A stretch of DNA of 64,000 nt, taken from an uncultured Planctomycetaceae bacterium. Its GTDB lineage: Bacteria; Planctomycetota; Planctomycetia; Planctomycetales; Planctomycetaceae. This document shows, one piece after another, positions 10,736 to 22,400 of the stretch (the stretch's first letter is position 1; every line of letters begins with the position of its first letter). A program made the translations under genes and the position numbers. Below the pieces are notes generated by a model. The model saw only the letters and a program-made list of their open reading frames with translations, was not told the origin of the DNA and made no database searches. The stretch covers positions 128,001 through 192,000 of the forward strand of contig CAWFGE010000012.1 of assembly GCA_963815195.1 (NCBI GenBank), in the 5' to 3' direction.

Positions 10736-11965
10736 ATGAGTATTCAAATTCAACGCATCCGCGCAATTCCCACGGCCCCGGCGGGCATTCGGCTCGTCGT
10801 CGTCAAAGTGGAAACCACCGAGCCGGGTCTGTATGGCCTCGGTTGTGCCACGTTTACGCAGCGGCCGCTCGCGGTGATCGAAGCGGTGCATCAATATCTC
10901 GACCCGTTTCTCCGCGGGCGAAATGTCAACGAGATCGAAGACATCTTTCTCTCGGCCCAGGTGAGTTCCTACTGGCGGAGCGGCCCGGTGCTCAACAATG
11001 CCCTCTCCGGCGTGGACATGGCGCTGTGGGACATCAAAGGCAAACTCGCGGGCATGCCGGTCTATGAACTTTTAGGAGGGCCCTGCCGGCGGGCGGTGCC
11101 GGTTTACGTCCACGCCAGCGGCGGCACGTTTGAAGAGGTCGTCGCCCAGGCCCGAAGCTGGATGGAGCAGGGCGTCCGCCATGTGCGTCTGCAGATCGGC
11201 GTCGCGGGTCAAGCCAGCTATGGAACCAAGTCGGACCTCCAAAGCTCCGAGGAAGCCGACGGCCCGCTGTCGCCCCGGAACATCTTCGAGCCGGCCGATT
11301 ACGTGCGGATCGTGCCTCGACTCTTCGAGTATGCCCGGAACGAACTCGGCGAGGAGGTGGAACTGCTCCATGACATTCACGAGCGCATCCCCGCGCCGAT
11401 GGCGATTCAATTGGCGAAGGATTTGGAGCCTTATCGGCTGTTCTTTTTGGAGGATCCGTTGCCGCCGGAGGAACTCGCGTTGTTCCGGCATTTTCGGACG
11501 CACACCGCGGTCCCGCTGGCGATGGGGGAATTGTTTACGAACATCAACGAGTTTTTGCCTTTGATCCGCGAGCAGTTGATCGATTTCATCCGCGTGCATC
11601 TTTCGGAAATCGGCGGACTGACGCCGGCCCGCAAACTGGCCGCGACCTGCGAGCTCTTCGGCATTCGCACGGCCTGGCATGGACCGGGCGACACCTCGCC
11701 CATCGGCCACGCCGCGAATTTGGCCTTGGACCTGGCGGCGCCCAACTTCGGGATTCAGGAGTTTACCCCGTTCAACCAGGCGACGCTCGACGTGTTCCCC
11801 GGGTGCTTCGAGTTTCGCGAAGGCTGCCTGTGGCCCGACAATCGGCCCGGCTGGGGCATCGATATCGATGAGACCCTCGCTGGGAACTTCCCCTTTCCCG
11901 AGCATCCCTACAACGGAGCCTGGCCCGCGATCCGCCGCCGCGACGGCAGCGTCGTGCGGCCATAA
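10736..11965 (+). CDS. Enolase-superfamily sugar-acid dehydratase (ManD/RspA-like)
   Basis: YWRSGPVLNNALSGVDMALWDIKGK, LLHDIHER, FFLEDP, AMGELF, WHGPGD. Confidence 0.9.
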   Translation: MSIQIQRIRAIPTAPAGIRLVVVKVETTEPGLYGLGCATFTQRPLAVIEAVHQYLDPFLRGRNVNEIEDIFLSAQVSSYWRSGPVLNNALSGVDMALWDIKGKLAGMPVYELLGGPCRRAVPVYVHASGGTFEEVVAQARSWMEQGVRHVRLQIGVAGQASYGTKSDLQSSEEADGPLSPRNIFEPADYVRIVPRLFEYARNELGEEVELLHDIHERIPAPMAIQLAKDLEPYRLFFLEDPLPPEELALFRHFRTHTAVPLAMGELFTNINEFLPLIREQLIDFIRVHLSEIGGLTPARKLAATCELFGIRTAWHGPGDTSPIGHAANLALDLAAPNFGIQEFTPFNQATLDVFPGCFEFREGCLWPDNRPGWGIDIDETLAGNFPFPEHPYNGAWPAIRRRDGSVVRP

Positions 11966-11982
11966 GAATTGCTCTCAGGTTT

Positions 11983-12070
11983 GGGTGGCACGACCCTGAG
12001 GAACGAAGGGCGTGGTCTTGGCAATCGCCACGCCCTTCGCTGCATCAGGGACGTGCCACCCGTGCCACCC
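11983..12070. repeat. GGGTGGCACG REP doublet, copy 2
   Basis: gggtggcacgaccctgaggaacgaagggcgtgg...ccacgcccttcgctgcatcagggacgtgccacccgtgccaccc. Confidence 0.8.
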
Positions 12071-12084
12071 GGGCGTGACGAGCG

Positions 12085-13315
<1,231 letters not shown>

Positions 13316-13334
13316 GTTATTCTTCGAACGCGGC

Positions 13335-14333
13335 TTATTTGCCTTTTCCGAAGAACGGGAACAGTTTGCGGAGTTCGTCTTTGCTTGGCCGGCGGCCGTA
13401 TTCGCAGATTTCAAAGGCCTCGGCATGGCCGATGTTCTTGGATTGATCTTCGCCATACCACGCGGCCAAGGAGTCGCGAAAACGATCCGCAGTTCCGGCG
13501 AATCGGCGGCGGAAACTGTCCAACACCTGCTTCTGCCGGGCCGTCTTTTCATCCGGCGTGTCCGGCAGTTTTGTGATCCCGCTGCAGCAGCCGCCTTCGT
13601 AAAACTGCGATTCCAAGGCTTCCACCGCGGCGAGCTTTTTCTGGATCACGTCGTCGATGCTCACCACCACATCGGCCGAGAACGGGTTCGGCTTCTGGAA
13701 GCGGTCTTCAAAATATAAAAACACGGGATTCTTCGAGAGGAAAGGCGTGTCGGGGCAGAAGTAGGGCACGGTGACCATATACGCGGCATCCTGCACCAAC
13801 AGGCCGACGTTGCGGTGATCCGGATGATAATCGTTCGGGCGATGGCACATCACCACGTCGGCGTTCCATTCACGAATGATCCGCGTGATGGTTTTGCGGT
13901 TGTCCAAGGTCGGCAGCAATTCGCCGTCGTGGATGTCGAGCACCTGCGTTTCGATGCCGAGAATCTCGGCACAGCGGTTAACTTCGGCCGTCCGCCGCTG
14001 GGCCAAGGGGCCGCCCGCCATGTTCCAATGCCCGATGTCGCCGTTGGTGCAGGAGACGAACTTCACATGATGCCCCTGCGCGGCCCATTTCGCCGCGACG
14101 CCCGCGGCCCGCAGTTCGCAGTCATCCGGATGGGCCCCGAAGCAAATAATCCGCAGCTTGCCGTCCTCGGGAATGGCCGCGGGCACCGCCACCGCCTGCA
14201 CCGTCACGGCGGGCGGCTGGGCGAACGTTTTGCTCTCGGGCCAATCCAGCCGGAGCCAACACACGGTCGCGCAGAGCGCCGTGAGCACTCCCGCCGCAAA
14301 CCACCGCAATTTCAACAACCGCTCGCGCGACAT
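13335..14333 (-). CDS. PIG-L/LmbE family deacetylase, exported
   Basis: FGAHPDDCE and HRPNDYHPDH motifs; N-terminal hydrophobic segment. Confidence 0.92.
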   Translation of the reverse strand: MSRERLLKLRWFAAGVLTALCATVCWLRLDWPESKTFAQPPAVTVQAVAVPAAIPEDGKLRIICFGAHPDDCELRAAGVAAKWAAQGHHVKFVSCTNGDIGHWNMAGGPLAQRRTAEVNRCAEILGIETQVLDIHDGELLPTLDNRKTITRIIREWNADVVMCHRPNDYHPDHRNVGLLVQDAAYMVTVPYFCPDTPFLSKNPVFLYFEDRFQKPNPFSADVVVSIDDVIQKKLAAVEALESQFYEGGCCSGITKLPDTPDEKTARQKQVLDSFRRRFAGTADRFRDSLAAWYGEDQSKNIGHAEAFEICEYGRRPSKDELRKLFPFFGKGK

Positions 14334-14460
14334 GGCCGACTCCTCATTGTGTGAATTTATTTCAAAAGTGCGTCCTCAAATGAAAGTACCCCGCGCTTGC
14401 GGAAGAATCAAATCCCCGGGAGGAAATCCCGTGTCTGGGTCACAAGAGTAACGAGGAATT

Positions 14461-14499
14461 GGGTGGCGCGCCCTTCGTTCCTCAGGGACCTGCCCACCC
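14461..14499. repeat. GGGTGGC REP family, degenerate copy 3
   Basis: gggtggcgcgcccttcgttcctcagggacctgcccaccc. Confidence 0.65.
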
Positions 14500-14645
14500 A
14501 ATCCACAAAAAAAGCGAAAAGTTACGCACCTACGTTTTTGAGATACAGCGGCAAATCCGCTCCCGGCGGCGGATGTTGGCGTCCTGGATTGGTTCCGGGT
14601 TATATTGGGACGCTTGCCGCCTCTGCCCCGCGACGTTCAAAGGAG

Positions 14646-15807
14646 ATGATGATGCCGGTTCCGTTCCGTCTGTTGCTGGTGTTGACCGTTTGCCTTCAAA
14701 GCATGTCGCGCGGACGAGCCCGCGCAGAAGTCTCTGTGGAAGAAGCATGTGATTCACCAAGGGCCCCGGAGCGTAACCGCGGTCGCGGCGGATTTTACGG
14801 GGGATGGAAAGCCCGATGTGATCAGCAACAGTGCCGGCAAGACCCGGCTGTTCGTGGGGCCGGATTGGCGGGAACTCGTTCTCGACGACAACCCGCAGCA
14901 TAATTTTATTCACAGCGAGTTTTTCGATGTGGACAAAGACGGCGATTACGATTACATCGGCGCCCGCTATAACCCCGGCCTCATCGTCTGGCTGGAATGT
15001 CCCAAAAATCCGCTCAAAGATGCCTGGACCGTCCGCTTGATCGATGACCAGGTGCATGGGATTCACGGGCTCCTCAAAGGCGATGTCGACAAGGACGGCC
15101 GATACGATTTGCTCGCGACGAGTGCCCAGCCCAAGGAGCCGTTTCCCAATTCGCTCGCCTGGTTCCGCGTGCAGAGAGTCGCCAGTACCAGGTACCGCTG
15201 GAAGCGGCACATTTTCGCGAAGCACGATGCGCCGGGATTGACGCATTACCTGGGCTTCGGCGATGTGAACGGCGACGGCCGGCCCGACGCCTGCACCGGA
15301 GCCAAAGGCGGCCCGCAAGCCGAGCCGGGCACGGGCGACTGGTTCGCGTGGTGGGAAGCCCCGCCCGATCCCAAGCAGGTCTGGAAAAAACACCTCATCG
15401 CGGCCGATCAACCGGGAGCGACGAATATCCACCCCGCCGACGTCAACGGCGACGGCAAGATGGACTTCATCGCCTCGCGCGGGCACGGCAACGGCGTCCT
15501 CTGGTTCGAAGCCCCCAACTGGAAGTCCCACGACATTCACCCCACGCTCAAAGAGCCGCATTGCCTCGCGGTGCAGGATTTGGACGGCGACGGCGACATC
15601 GATGCGGCCACCTGCGCCTATGGCGACAAAATCGCCGCCTGGTTCGAGAACGACGGCCGCGGCAATTTTCGAACGCACATCATCGGCGAAGATCAAGAAG
15701 CCTACGACATCCGGGCCGTCGATCTGGACAGCGACGGCGACCTGGATTTCCTCATCGCCGGCCGCGGCAGCAATAATGTCGTCTGGTACGAAAACCCCAA
15801 GAAGTGA
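14646..15807 (+). CDS. Secreted FG-GAP/VCBS repeat beta-propeller protein, frameshift at about 14737
   Basis: Repeated DxxxDGxxD motifs; signal peptide in upstream frame joins W-K-K-H-V-I-H. Confidence 0.85.
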
Positions 15808-15928
15808 AGCGGCTTCCCCGGCGCATTCGGCAGCCACGCGAACCGGATTCGGCTTGCGTTTGCGGGGCGGGCGGCTACGATGAACGGTTTGTGAAGATCT
15901 TTGAAACCCATCGCTGAATCGACCTCTC

Positions 15929-16132
15929 GTGACCGATTCCTCCGTTCCCGAGTCCCGATGGATCGAGCTGGAAATCCAGTTGATGCACCTCGAGCGCGAT
16001 TACGAAGAGCTGAATGCGGAAGTGCTCAGGCAGAGAAAAACCATCGCGCAACAAGAGCAGCGGATCGCCGGCTTGGAAAACCTCGTCCAGAGGCTGCTCG
16101 AGCAGATCGAACACGGGCCGACGTCCTCTTGA
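15929..16132 (+). CDS. slyX: SlyX family protein
   Basis: Short coiled coil ELEIQLMHLE...EELNAEVLRQ. Confidence 0.7.
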   Translation: MTDSSVPESRWIELEIQLMHLERDYEELNAEVLRQRKTIAQQEQRIAGLENLVQRLLEQIEHGPTSS

Positions 16133-16183
16133 ATTGGCTTTCGAAATCCACCAGAAAACCCATCGCCGCCGCCGGAGTGCCTT

Positions 16184-17239
16184 TTGTCCATCGAATCCCC
16201 GCAATCGACGAATAACAACCCTCGCAAAATGCTGACTCCCGAAGAAGTGCAAGAAGCCCGCGGGCATCTGGGGCAGCTTTTGGAAGGGTTGGAATCTTCC
16301 ATCCTCGGGCAGCGGCCGCTGTTGGAACTGGTCGTGATTTGCCTGTTGGCCCGCGGGCATATGCTGCTCGAAGGCCTGCCGGGGCTGGGCAAAACGGAAT
16401 TGGTCAAAGCGCTCTCGGCCCTCTTGGGGCTCGGGTTTCGCCGGCTGCAATTCACGCCCGACCTTCTGCCCAGCGACATCGTCGGCGTGCCCATACTGGA
16501 AGAGCGGGCCGGCGGGCGGCAGTTGGTGTTTCATCAGGGGCCGGTGTTTACGAATCTGCTGTTGGCGGACGAAATCAACCGGGCCACGCCCAAAACGCAG
16601 GCCGCGCTTTTGGAAGCCATGCAGGAACGGCGGGTGACGGTGATGGGCGAATCGCATCGTCTGCCCGAGCCGTTCTTTGTCCTCGCCACGCAAAACCCGA
16701 TCGAGTTGGAAGGCACGTATCCTTTGCCCGAGGCCCAGCTCGATCGGTTCACATTCAAGATTGACGTGGGGGGCGTTTCCAGCGAGACGCTCGAGCAGAT
16801 CATCGCCACCCGCCCGCACGGCCGGGCTCCCGCGCTCGATGTGGTGCTTTCGGCGGAGACGCTCTCGCGATTGTTCGACCTCTGCGATCGCGTGCATCTG
16901 CCGCGGGCGGTCTCCAACTACATCGCCCGCCTGGTGACGGCCACGCATCCGCAGTTGGACGGTTCGCCGGAAAAAGTCAAAAACTTCGTCCGTTACGGAG
17001 CCTCCCCGCGGGCGGGGATTGCGATGGCGGCCACGGCGCGGTCGGCGGCGCTCTTGGCGGGAAAACCCAACGCCGGTTTCGACGAAGTCCGCCGCGTGGC
17101 GTCCAGCGTGTTGGGACATCGGCTGATTCTGGATTACGCGGCGAAACTCGAAGGCTGGACCCCCGCCAATTTGGTGGCCCATCTTCTGGAAAGCGTCCCC
17201 GAAGTTCCGCGCGAACTCCCCGCTGACCTGTCGGCTTAG
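16184..17239 (+). CDS. MoxR-family AAA+ ATPase
   Basis: HMLLEGLPGLGKT, QFTPDLLPSD, LADEINRATPKTQAALLEAM, YPLPEAQLDRF, GASPR. Confidence 0.95.
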   Translation: MSIESPQSTNNNPRKMLTPEEVQEARGHLGQLLEGLESSILGQRPLLELVVICLLARGHMLLEGLPGLGKTELVKALSALLGLGFRRLQFTPDLLPSDIVGVPILEERAGGRQLVFHQGPVFTNLLLADEINRATPKTQAALLEAMQERRVTVMGESHRLPEPFFVLATQNPIELEGTYPLPEAQLDRFTFKIDVGGVSSETLEQIIATRPHGRAPALDVVLSAETLSRLFDLCDRVHLPRAVSNYIARLVTATHPQLDGSPEKVKNFVRYGASPRAGIAMAATARSAALLAGKPNAGFDEVRRVASSVLGHRLILDYAAKLEGWTPANLVAHLLESVPEVPRELPADLSA

Positions 17240-17273
17240 GATGGGTTAGGATCGTTCGACAAATATCGGTCCG

Positions 17274-17335
17274 ATCAGCCGGAACGCGCTCGCGTCCGGT
17301 TCTCCGGGAACCGGGGCGAGCGCCCTGCGGCTGAT
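17274..17335. repeat. REP doublet (TCAGCCG...GGTTC family)
   Basis: atcagccggaacgcgctcgcgtccggttc ... gaaccggggcgagcgccctgcggctgat; same ends as the 63-bp repeat at 13061. Confidence 0.75.
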
Positions 17336-17417
17336 GAATCAAGGCGAAAATCATTCTTCGACTGATCCTTAGCGGCCGGTTGTTTCTCTTTTCGGCAAAT
17401 CCCTCTATGCTGGAAGG

Positions 17418-17966
17418 ATGCAGACGGCTTCCCCGAATCAGCTGATCGTTTGGTGCCGGCGATGTTCGGTGATAATCTTTCTTCTCGCCTACATCGGGAC
17501 GGGCGTGTTCTTTTTATATGGCCACATCTTGGGCGACACGGGCCGGTTTGCCGCGGGCTATTTTTGGACGTGGGACATGTTTCCCAACTATCCGTCGTTC
17601 TCGGCCGGGCGGCTGGCTTTGGGGCAGACGAAAAGCGGCAAATACGTGCAGCTTTTTCCGACGACCTTGATCAAATACCGCCGGGGTGCGCACCGGGATT
17701 ATACGCGGTTCGATCTTCCCCGAAATGATGCCGCCTTGCGAAAAGTCGCCGAAGAAACGCTCGCCGCGCATCCGCCCGAAGACATGAAAGACCCCGTGAT
17801 CTATGTGTTCTTGATCGAGCGGTATTGGCCCGTGCGGTTCAATCTTCCCGATTCGCTTTACGAAGACGCCTACGGCCAAGAGAATCCGCATCGCCAATCG
17901 TGGCGGATTGTCGACGAAGGGCCGGCCGAGAACGGCGGCAAAATCCGCTGGACTTCCTCCCTATGA
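17418..17966 (+). CDS. Membrane-anchored hypothetical protein (SdpA/DUF5819-like partner)
   Basis: N-terminal TM followed by YFWTWDMFP; stop overlaps start of HTTM gene (ATGA). Confidence 0.6.
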   Translation: MQTASPNQLIVWCRRCSVIIFLLAYIGTGVFFLYGHILGDTGRFAAGYFWTWDMFPNYPSFSAGRLALGQTKSGKYVQLFPTTLIKYRRGAHRDYTRFDLPRNDAALRKVAEETLAAHPPEDMKDPVIYVFLIERYWPVRFNLPDSLYEDAYGQENPHRQSWRIVDEGPAENGGKIRWTSSL

Positions 17967-19423
17967 AGGCGTTCCTGTTCGCTCCTGAAAGCCCCCGGCC
18001 GTGGGCGATCCTGCGAATCCTCCTGGCGTCGGCGTTGCTGTGGGACGCCGCCGGCCGCTGGCCTTATGCCGTGGAACTCTATTCGTCCGCGGGTTTTTCC
18101 TTTCCGGCGTTCCCCGCAGCGGCATTTCAACCGGCGGCGCTCGGAGCGCTGCCCACGGTCGTGCTGTATTCGATGCTGACCGCGGCCTTGGCTTTCCTGT
18201 TGATCGGCTGGCATTCGCGGTTGTGCGCCTTCGCTTCGTTTGGACTGATGGGCTGGTTCTCGCTGTTGGACGGGGCGGGCTCAATGACCAAATACACCGC
18301 CATCGGCCTGCACCTTCTGTTTTTGATGAGCCTGTCCCAGCCGGGCGGCGCCTGGTCGGTCGACGCCTGGTGGCGGAAGCACACCGGACAGGCCACGCCC
18401 TTGGCGCCGGCCTGGACGCGGTGGCTCGTCCGCCTGTTGGTGTGCAGCATCTACGTCGGGGCGGCGGTCACGAAAATCCGCCTGCCCGATTTCGCCACGG
18501 GCGATCTGTTGGAGTTTTCCCTGTTGGACGACGCCTTCGGCGGACGCTGGCTGGGGATGTGGCTCGCGACGAAACCGAAGCTGCTGATCCTCGCGAGCTT
18601 CGCCACCATCGCATTTGAACTCCTGTTTCCCGCCCTGATTTGGGTCCCGCGGTTGCGCCGGCCCGTGTTGGCCTCGGCCTTCTTATTTCACATCGGGCTG
18701 GCGGTCGTGATGCATCTCGAAGTGTTCTCGCCGGTGATGTTCGCGGCCTTGTGCGCGTTTTTGACCGAAGACGACCTGGAAGCGATCCAGGCACGATGCC
18801 GAAAACCGTTCGCGCTCGTGTCCCGCCAGCGCGAGAAAGAACCAGGAATTGCGTTGAGCGCGGAACGTCCGCTCATGCCGATGCGCTGGTTCAATTCGCC
18901 ATTATTTGTTCTGATCTTCAGCGGTGCCGCCATGGGCCTGGCGGGGTATCAATATCAAGAAGACGCGTATGGCGTATTTCATCGCTCGGTGGACCTCGTA
19001 TTCCCGCCCGTGAAAGCCGAACTCGCGAACCAGATGATCGACGCGTTCCAGCCCGACCCGCGGGATTATTTCCATCGCATCGAAATGGGCAGCCGGTTGG
19101 GGTATCGGCATGTGTTTGGGGAGCGGGAGACGTTTCATCCCGGCGAGGTGGTGTATGTGATGGTGCGGGTCCTTCAGCCCCATCCGAGCTGGGACGTGGA
19201 GTGGGAACTCGTCGCCCCCGGCGAGACGGACGACGACGAGCCGCCGCCCACCGCCCGGTTTGCGAGCCGGCTGGATGCATCGCATTCCTACGCGAGCATC
19301 GGGTTTCAACTCAAGCCCGAGTTTGCCGCGGGACGGTATCTCATTCGGCTCTCCGTGAGCGAGAACTTCGCCGCGAAGGAAGTCGTCGCGGAGATTCCGT
19401 TTGAGCTCGTCAAACCCGACTGA
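17963..19423 (+). CDS. HTTM domain membrane protein (SdpB / vitamin K-dependent carboxylase-like)
   Basis: GGAWSVDA, IYVGAAVTK, FELLFPALIW, FHIGLAVVMHL. Confidence 0.85.
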   Translation: MKAFLFAPESPRPWAILRILLASALLWDAAGRWPYAVELYSSAGFSFPAFPAAAFQPAALGALPTVVLYSMLTAALAFLLIGWHSRLCAFASFGLMGWFSLLDGAGSMTKYTAIGLHLLFLMSLSQPGGAWSVDAWWRKHTGQATPLAPAWTRWLVRLLVCSIYVGAAVTKIRLPDFATGDLLEFSLLDDAFGGRWLGMWLATKPKLLILASFATIAFELLFPALIWVPRLRRPVLASAFLFHIGLAVVMHLEVFSPVMFAALCAFLTEDDLEAIQARCRKPFALVSRQREKEPGIALSAERPLMPMRWFNSPLFVLIFSGAAMGLAGYQYQEDAYGVFHRSVDLVFPPVKAELANQMIDAFQPDPRDYFHRIEMGSRLGYRHVFGERETFHPGEVVYVMVRVLQPHPSWDVEWELVAPGETDDDEPPPTARFASRLDASHSYASIGFQLKPEFAAGRYLIRLSVSENFAAKEVVAEIPFELVKPD

Positions 19424-19459
19424 GCCATGACGCCGACGAAGCCGGCATGTGGTGGTTCG

Positions 19460-22400
19460 TCAGTCATTGGGTTTGGGCCGCGTGGCGAATGCGAGGACGG
19501 GGGCGAGCACCAGGAGGCCGAACCCGACCGCGCTGCCGGCGAGGCAGGTCCACCACAATCCGCCCAGGATTCCCATCGCGATCGTCTGATGCCGGTGCAG
19601 CCATTCGCCCGTCTTCAGCCGGAGTCCCCAGTGCATGACGCCCCCGACGACGAGCACCAGGATCGCGAGGAGCAACACGCGCTCGGAACGGGAATCGATG
19701 AGCCAGAAGGAGACCGGCCAGTTTGTCCCCTCGCCCGGCAGTTCGCCTTGAAGCGCGCGGCAAAGTTGGCCGAACTTTCGCCGGTGTTGGGAGTCGTCTG
19801 AAAAGCCCGCTGGGGAATCAATCGCGTATGGACCGGCGGCAGGAGGGTGACGCGGGCTTCTTCCAGGGGCACATCCAGCGGCTTGGGCAGCGACAGGTCG
19901 AGCCGGCCAAAGCGGGGAAGCCCGGCCTCCAGTTTTTGCGACCAATAGAGTTCCAGCGTCCCCGCATCCTCGAAAGCCGGGGCCGAGAGTTCGAGGGTTT
20001 CGTGTTCCTCGTCCGGCGTTGCGGTTTGCGGGATTCCATCGATCAAGCACGCCTCGAGTTCCGTGGACTTGGGCCAATGCCAAACTAGGTCGTGCAGGTT
20101 TTCTTTGGAAAGTTCGATCACGGTTCGCCCGGCGATCCGCTGGGGATCGGTCAGCCAAAGCGTGGTGTGGAGCCGGCCTTCGTGCGCTGGATTGGTGCCG
20201 GGGGCCAGGCGGGCCGGGACGAATTCCAGATGGCTTTTTGGGTGTTTATAAACTTGAAACCCCGCGTCCTCGGCCGGGGCGTTCCACGACGCCTGGATCC
20301 AGCCGGGCAACTCGGAAACGAGACTTGGGGTTCCGGCGTCGTCTTCGGCGCGGGCGGCGAAATCCGGGGACACGATCAGAAACGAATCCTCGATCCGCCC
20401 GCCCGGGATTTGGATTTGCGGAGGCGTCCAGGCCCCTGCGGACGAAACGTCCACGGACGCAATGATCCCCAGCACCCGCCGGTTGGCGAGCACCGCCGGC
20501 TCGAAGTGAAGCCTTAAAGATTGGTCCGGGCCGATGGTGGTTTGATAGGGAACGATGGTGCGCGGCTGATCCGCGAACTCCACGCGGAATTCCTGCGTCA
20601 TCGCGGGCGGGATTTGAATGGCGAGGCCCCGCCGGGTTTGGGCGTTCTCGCGCACGCGGATCAACGTGGCGATTTCCGATCGAGATTCCAGATCGGCCCC
20701 CACGATGACCGCGCGATCCACCGCCGCGGGTTCGAGCGGCGCCTCGACCACCAGCACCGGGGCGGGGGAATCGTGTCTCAGCCGAACCGCTGCGAGCAGA
20801 AACGCCTCCCCGGTCGCGGGCTGCGACTCGACCGATTCCCACGGCGGCAAGTCGTCCAGCTTCTCGATGCGGAGATTGCGTCCCACGCTTTGGAGTTGAT
20901 AGACCCTGAGGCCCGAATCGACCTGTTCCGCCTCGTCCACTCGAATCAGCGGGAGCGGGGCGCGGCGGCCTTCCTCGAGCGCCAGCGGCAGATGGCCGGT
21001 GAGATTCACGTTTTGAATCCCGGACGTGCCCTCGCTGAGCACGAGTTCGAGCCGCGTGCCGGTCTTGCTCCAGCGGACGAGGCGTTCGGTTTCGTCTTCC
21101 TGCACGGAGAGCGATTCGATCACCAAATCCGCCGGCACTTGGAGCACGTGCCGAAAGGCCGGGGCGTTTGTCGTTTCCACCTCGGCGGTCAGCCGCCATT
21201 GGATTTCGTGTTCGCCGATGCGGCCTTCCTGGTTCAGCCGCGCCCGGCGGACCGGTGTGCGGGGCTTGAGCGAAAACTCCAATTCGACCGGTTTTTGCAG
21301 CTTCCAGGCCAATTGCGGCGTGCGGATTCCCAAGGTCTCCGCGGCGGTCGTGCGGTAAGCCGCCAGGAATCTTTCCGGCGCGACGGGCGCGAGGTTCTCG
21401 CTCATTTTGAGCGTCGAACCCACCGGAGCCATCGCCAGTTCGGGCGTCGTCACCACCCCGAACTGATATTCGGCTTCAACGACGTCCGGCTTCGTTTGTC
21501 CCGACGGCGCGGCAAACAGATCGAGCGCCGGCAGCGAGACCTGCGGATTCGACGAGCGGGAGGCCGGCCGCGGGGTGACGCAATGCACGTCCACGGTGAA
21601 TTCCGACGCGGGCGGTTCCTGGAATTCCAAAAGCAGCCGCGATTGCGTTTTGTCGCCGATCAACCGGTAGGACAAGAGCTTTTCCGCTTTGACGGATTTC
21701 ACATTCGCATTCGCCGGCAGCGACCACACGAGCGAGGAAACCTCGGCCTTGGGCCGATATGCCGCGCGAATCTGCCATTCGTTCCACAGCGGATGCAGAG
21801 TGGCCAAGGCAAACACTTTGGCTTCGGCGTTCACCACGGCGGGTGTTTCGCCCGGTTGCTGGTTCCAAAAGATCTCCAGTTTCTGGGCGGCCCCCACGTC
21901 CGTCGCCGCGGTCTTGCCGGTGGTTGTGGACAGCACCTGCCCGTGAAGCCCGCGGATGCCCAGCGCGGGATAGGCCTTTGGAAGATTCACCGAGAGCCGG
22001 CTCGCGGCAATCGGGGGGACGGTCAGCGAATAGCGGCCGCCGTTGGGGACCGACTCGGACCGACCGTGCAGCCGGAGTTTTATCTCGTGGGTCTCGAACG
22101 ACGTTTTGCCCGGTCCGTTCGAACCGGCTTTCTCGGCGACGGCGGGCCCAGGGGACGCCGGCTCTAAGGGACGGGCCGCCAATTCCACGACGTAGCCTTT
22201 GCCGGCCGGATCGGAGAGCACCGAATGCGGAGCCCCATCGACCAGGCAATGATTGGGACCGCCCGGGTAAGCGTTTCCGATCGGCAGCGGAACTTGCACC
22301 GTTTCATTCGGCGTCAGAACGACAACTTGAAACGTCGCCGCGATCTCGACCGCGCCTTGCGAATCCACTGCCGCCTGGTAATCCGCCGACGAGATCAAAT

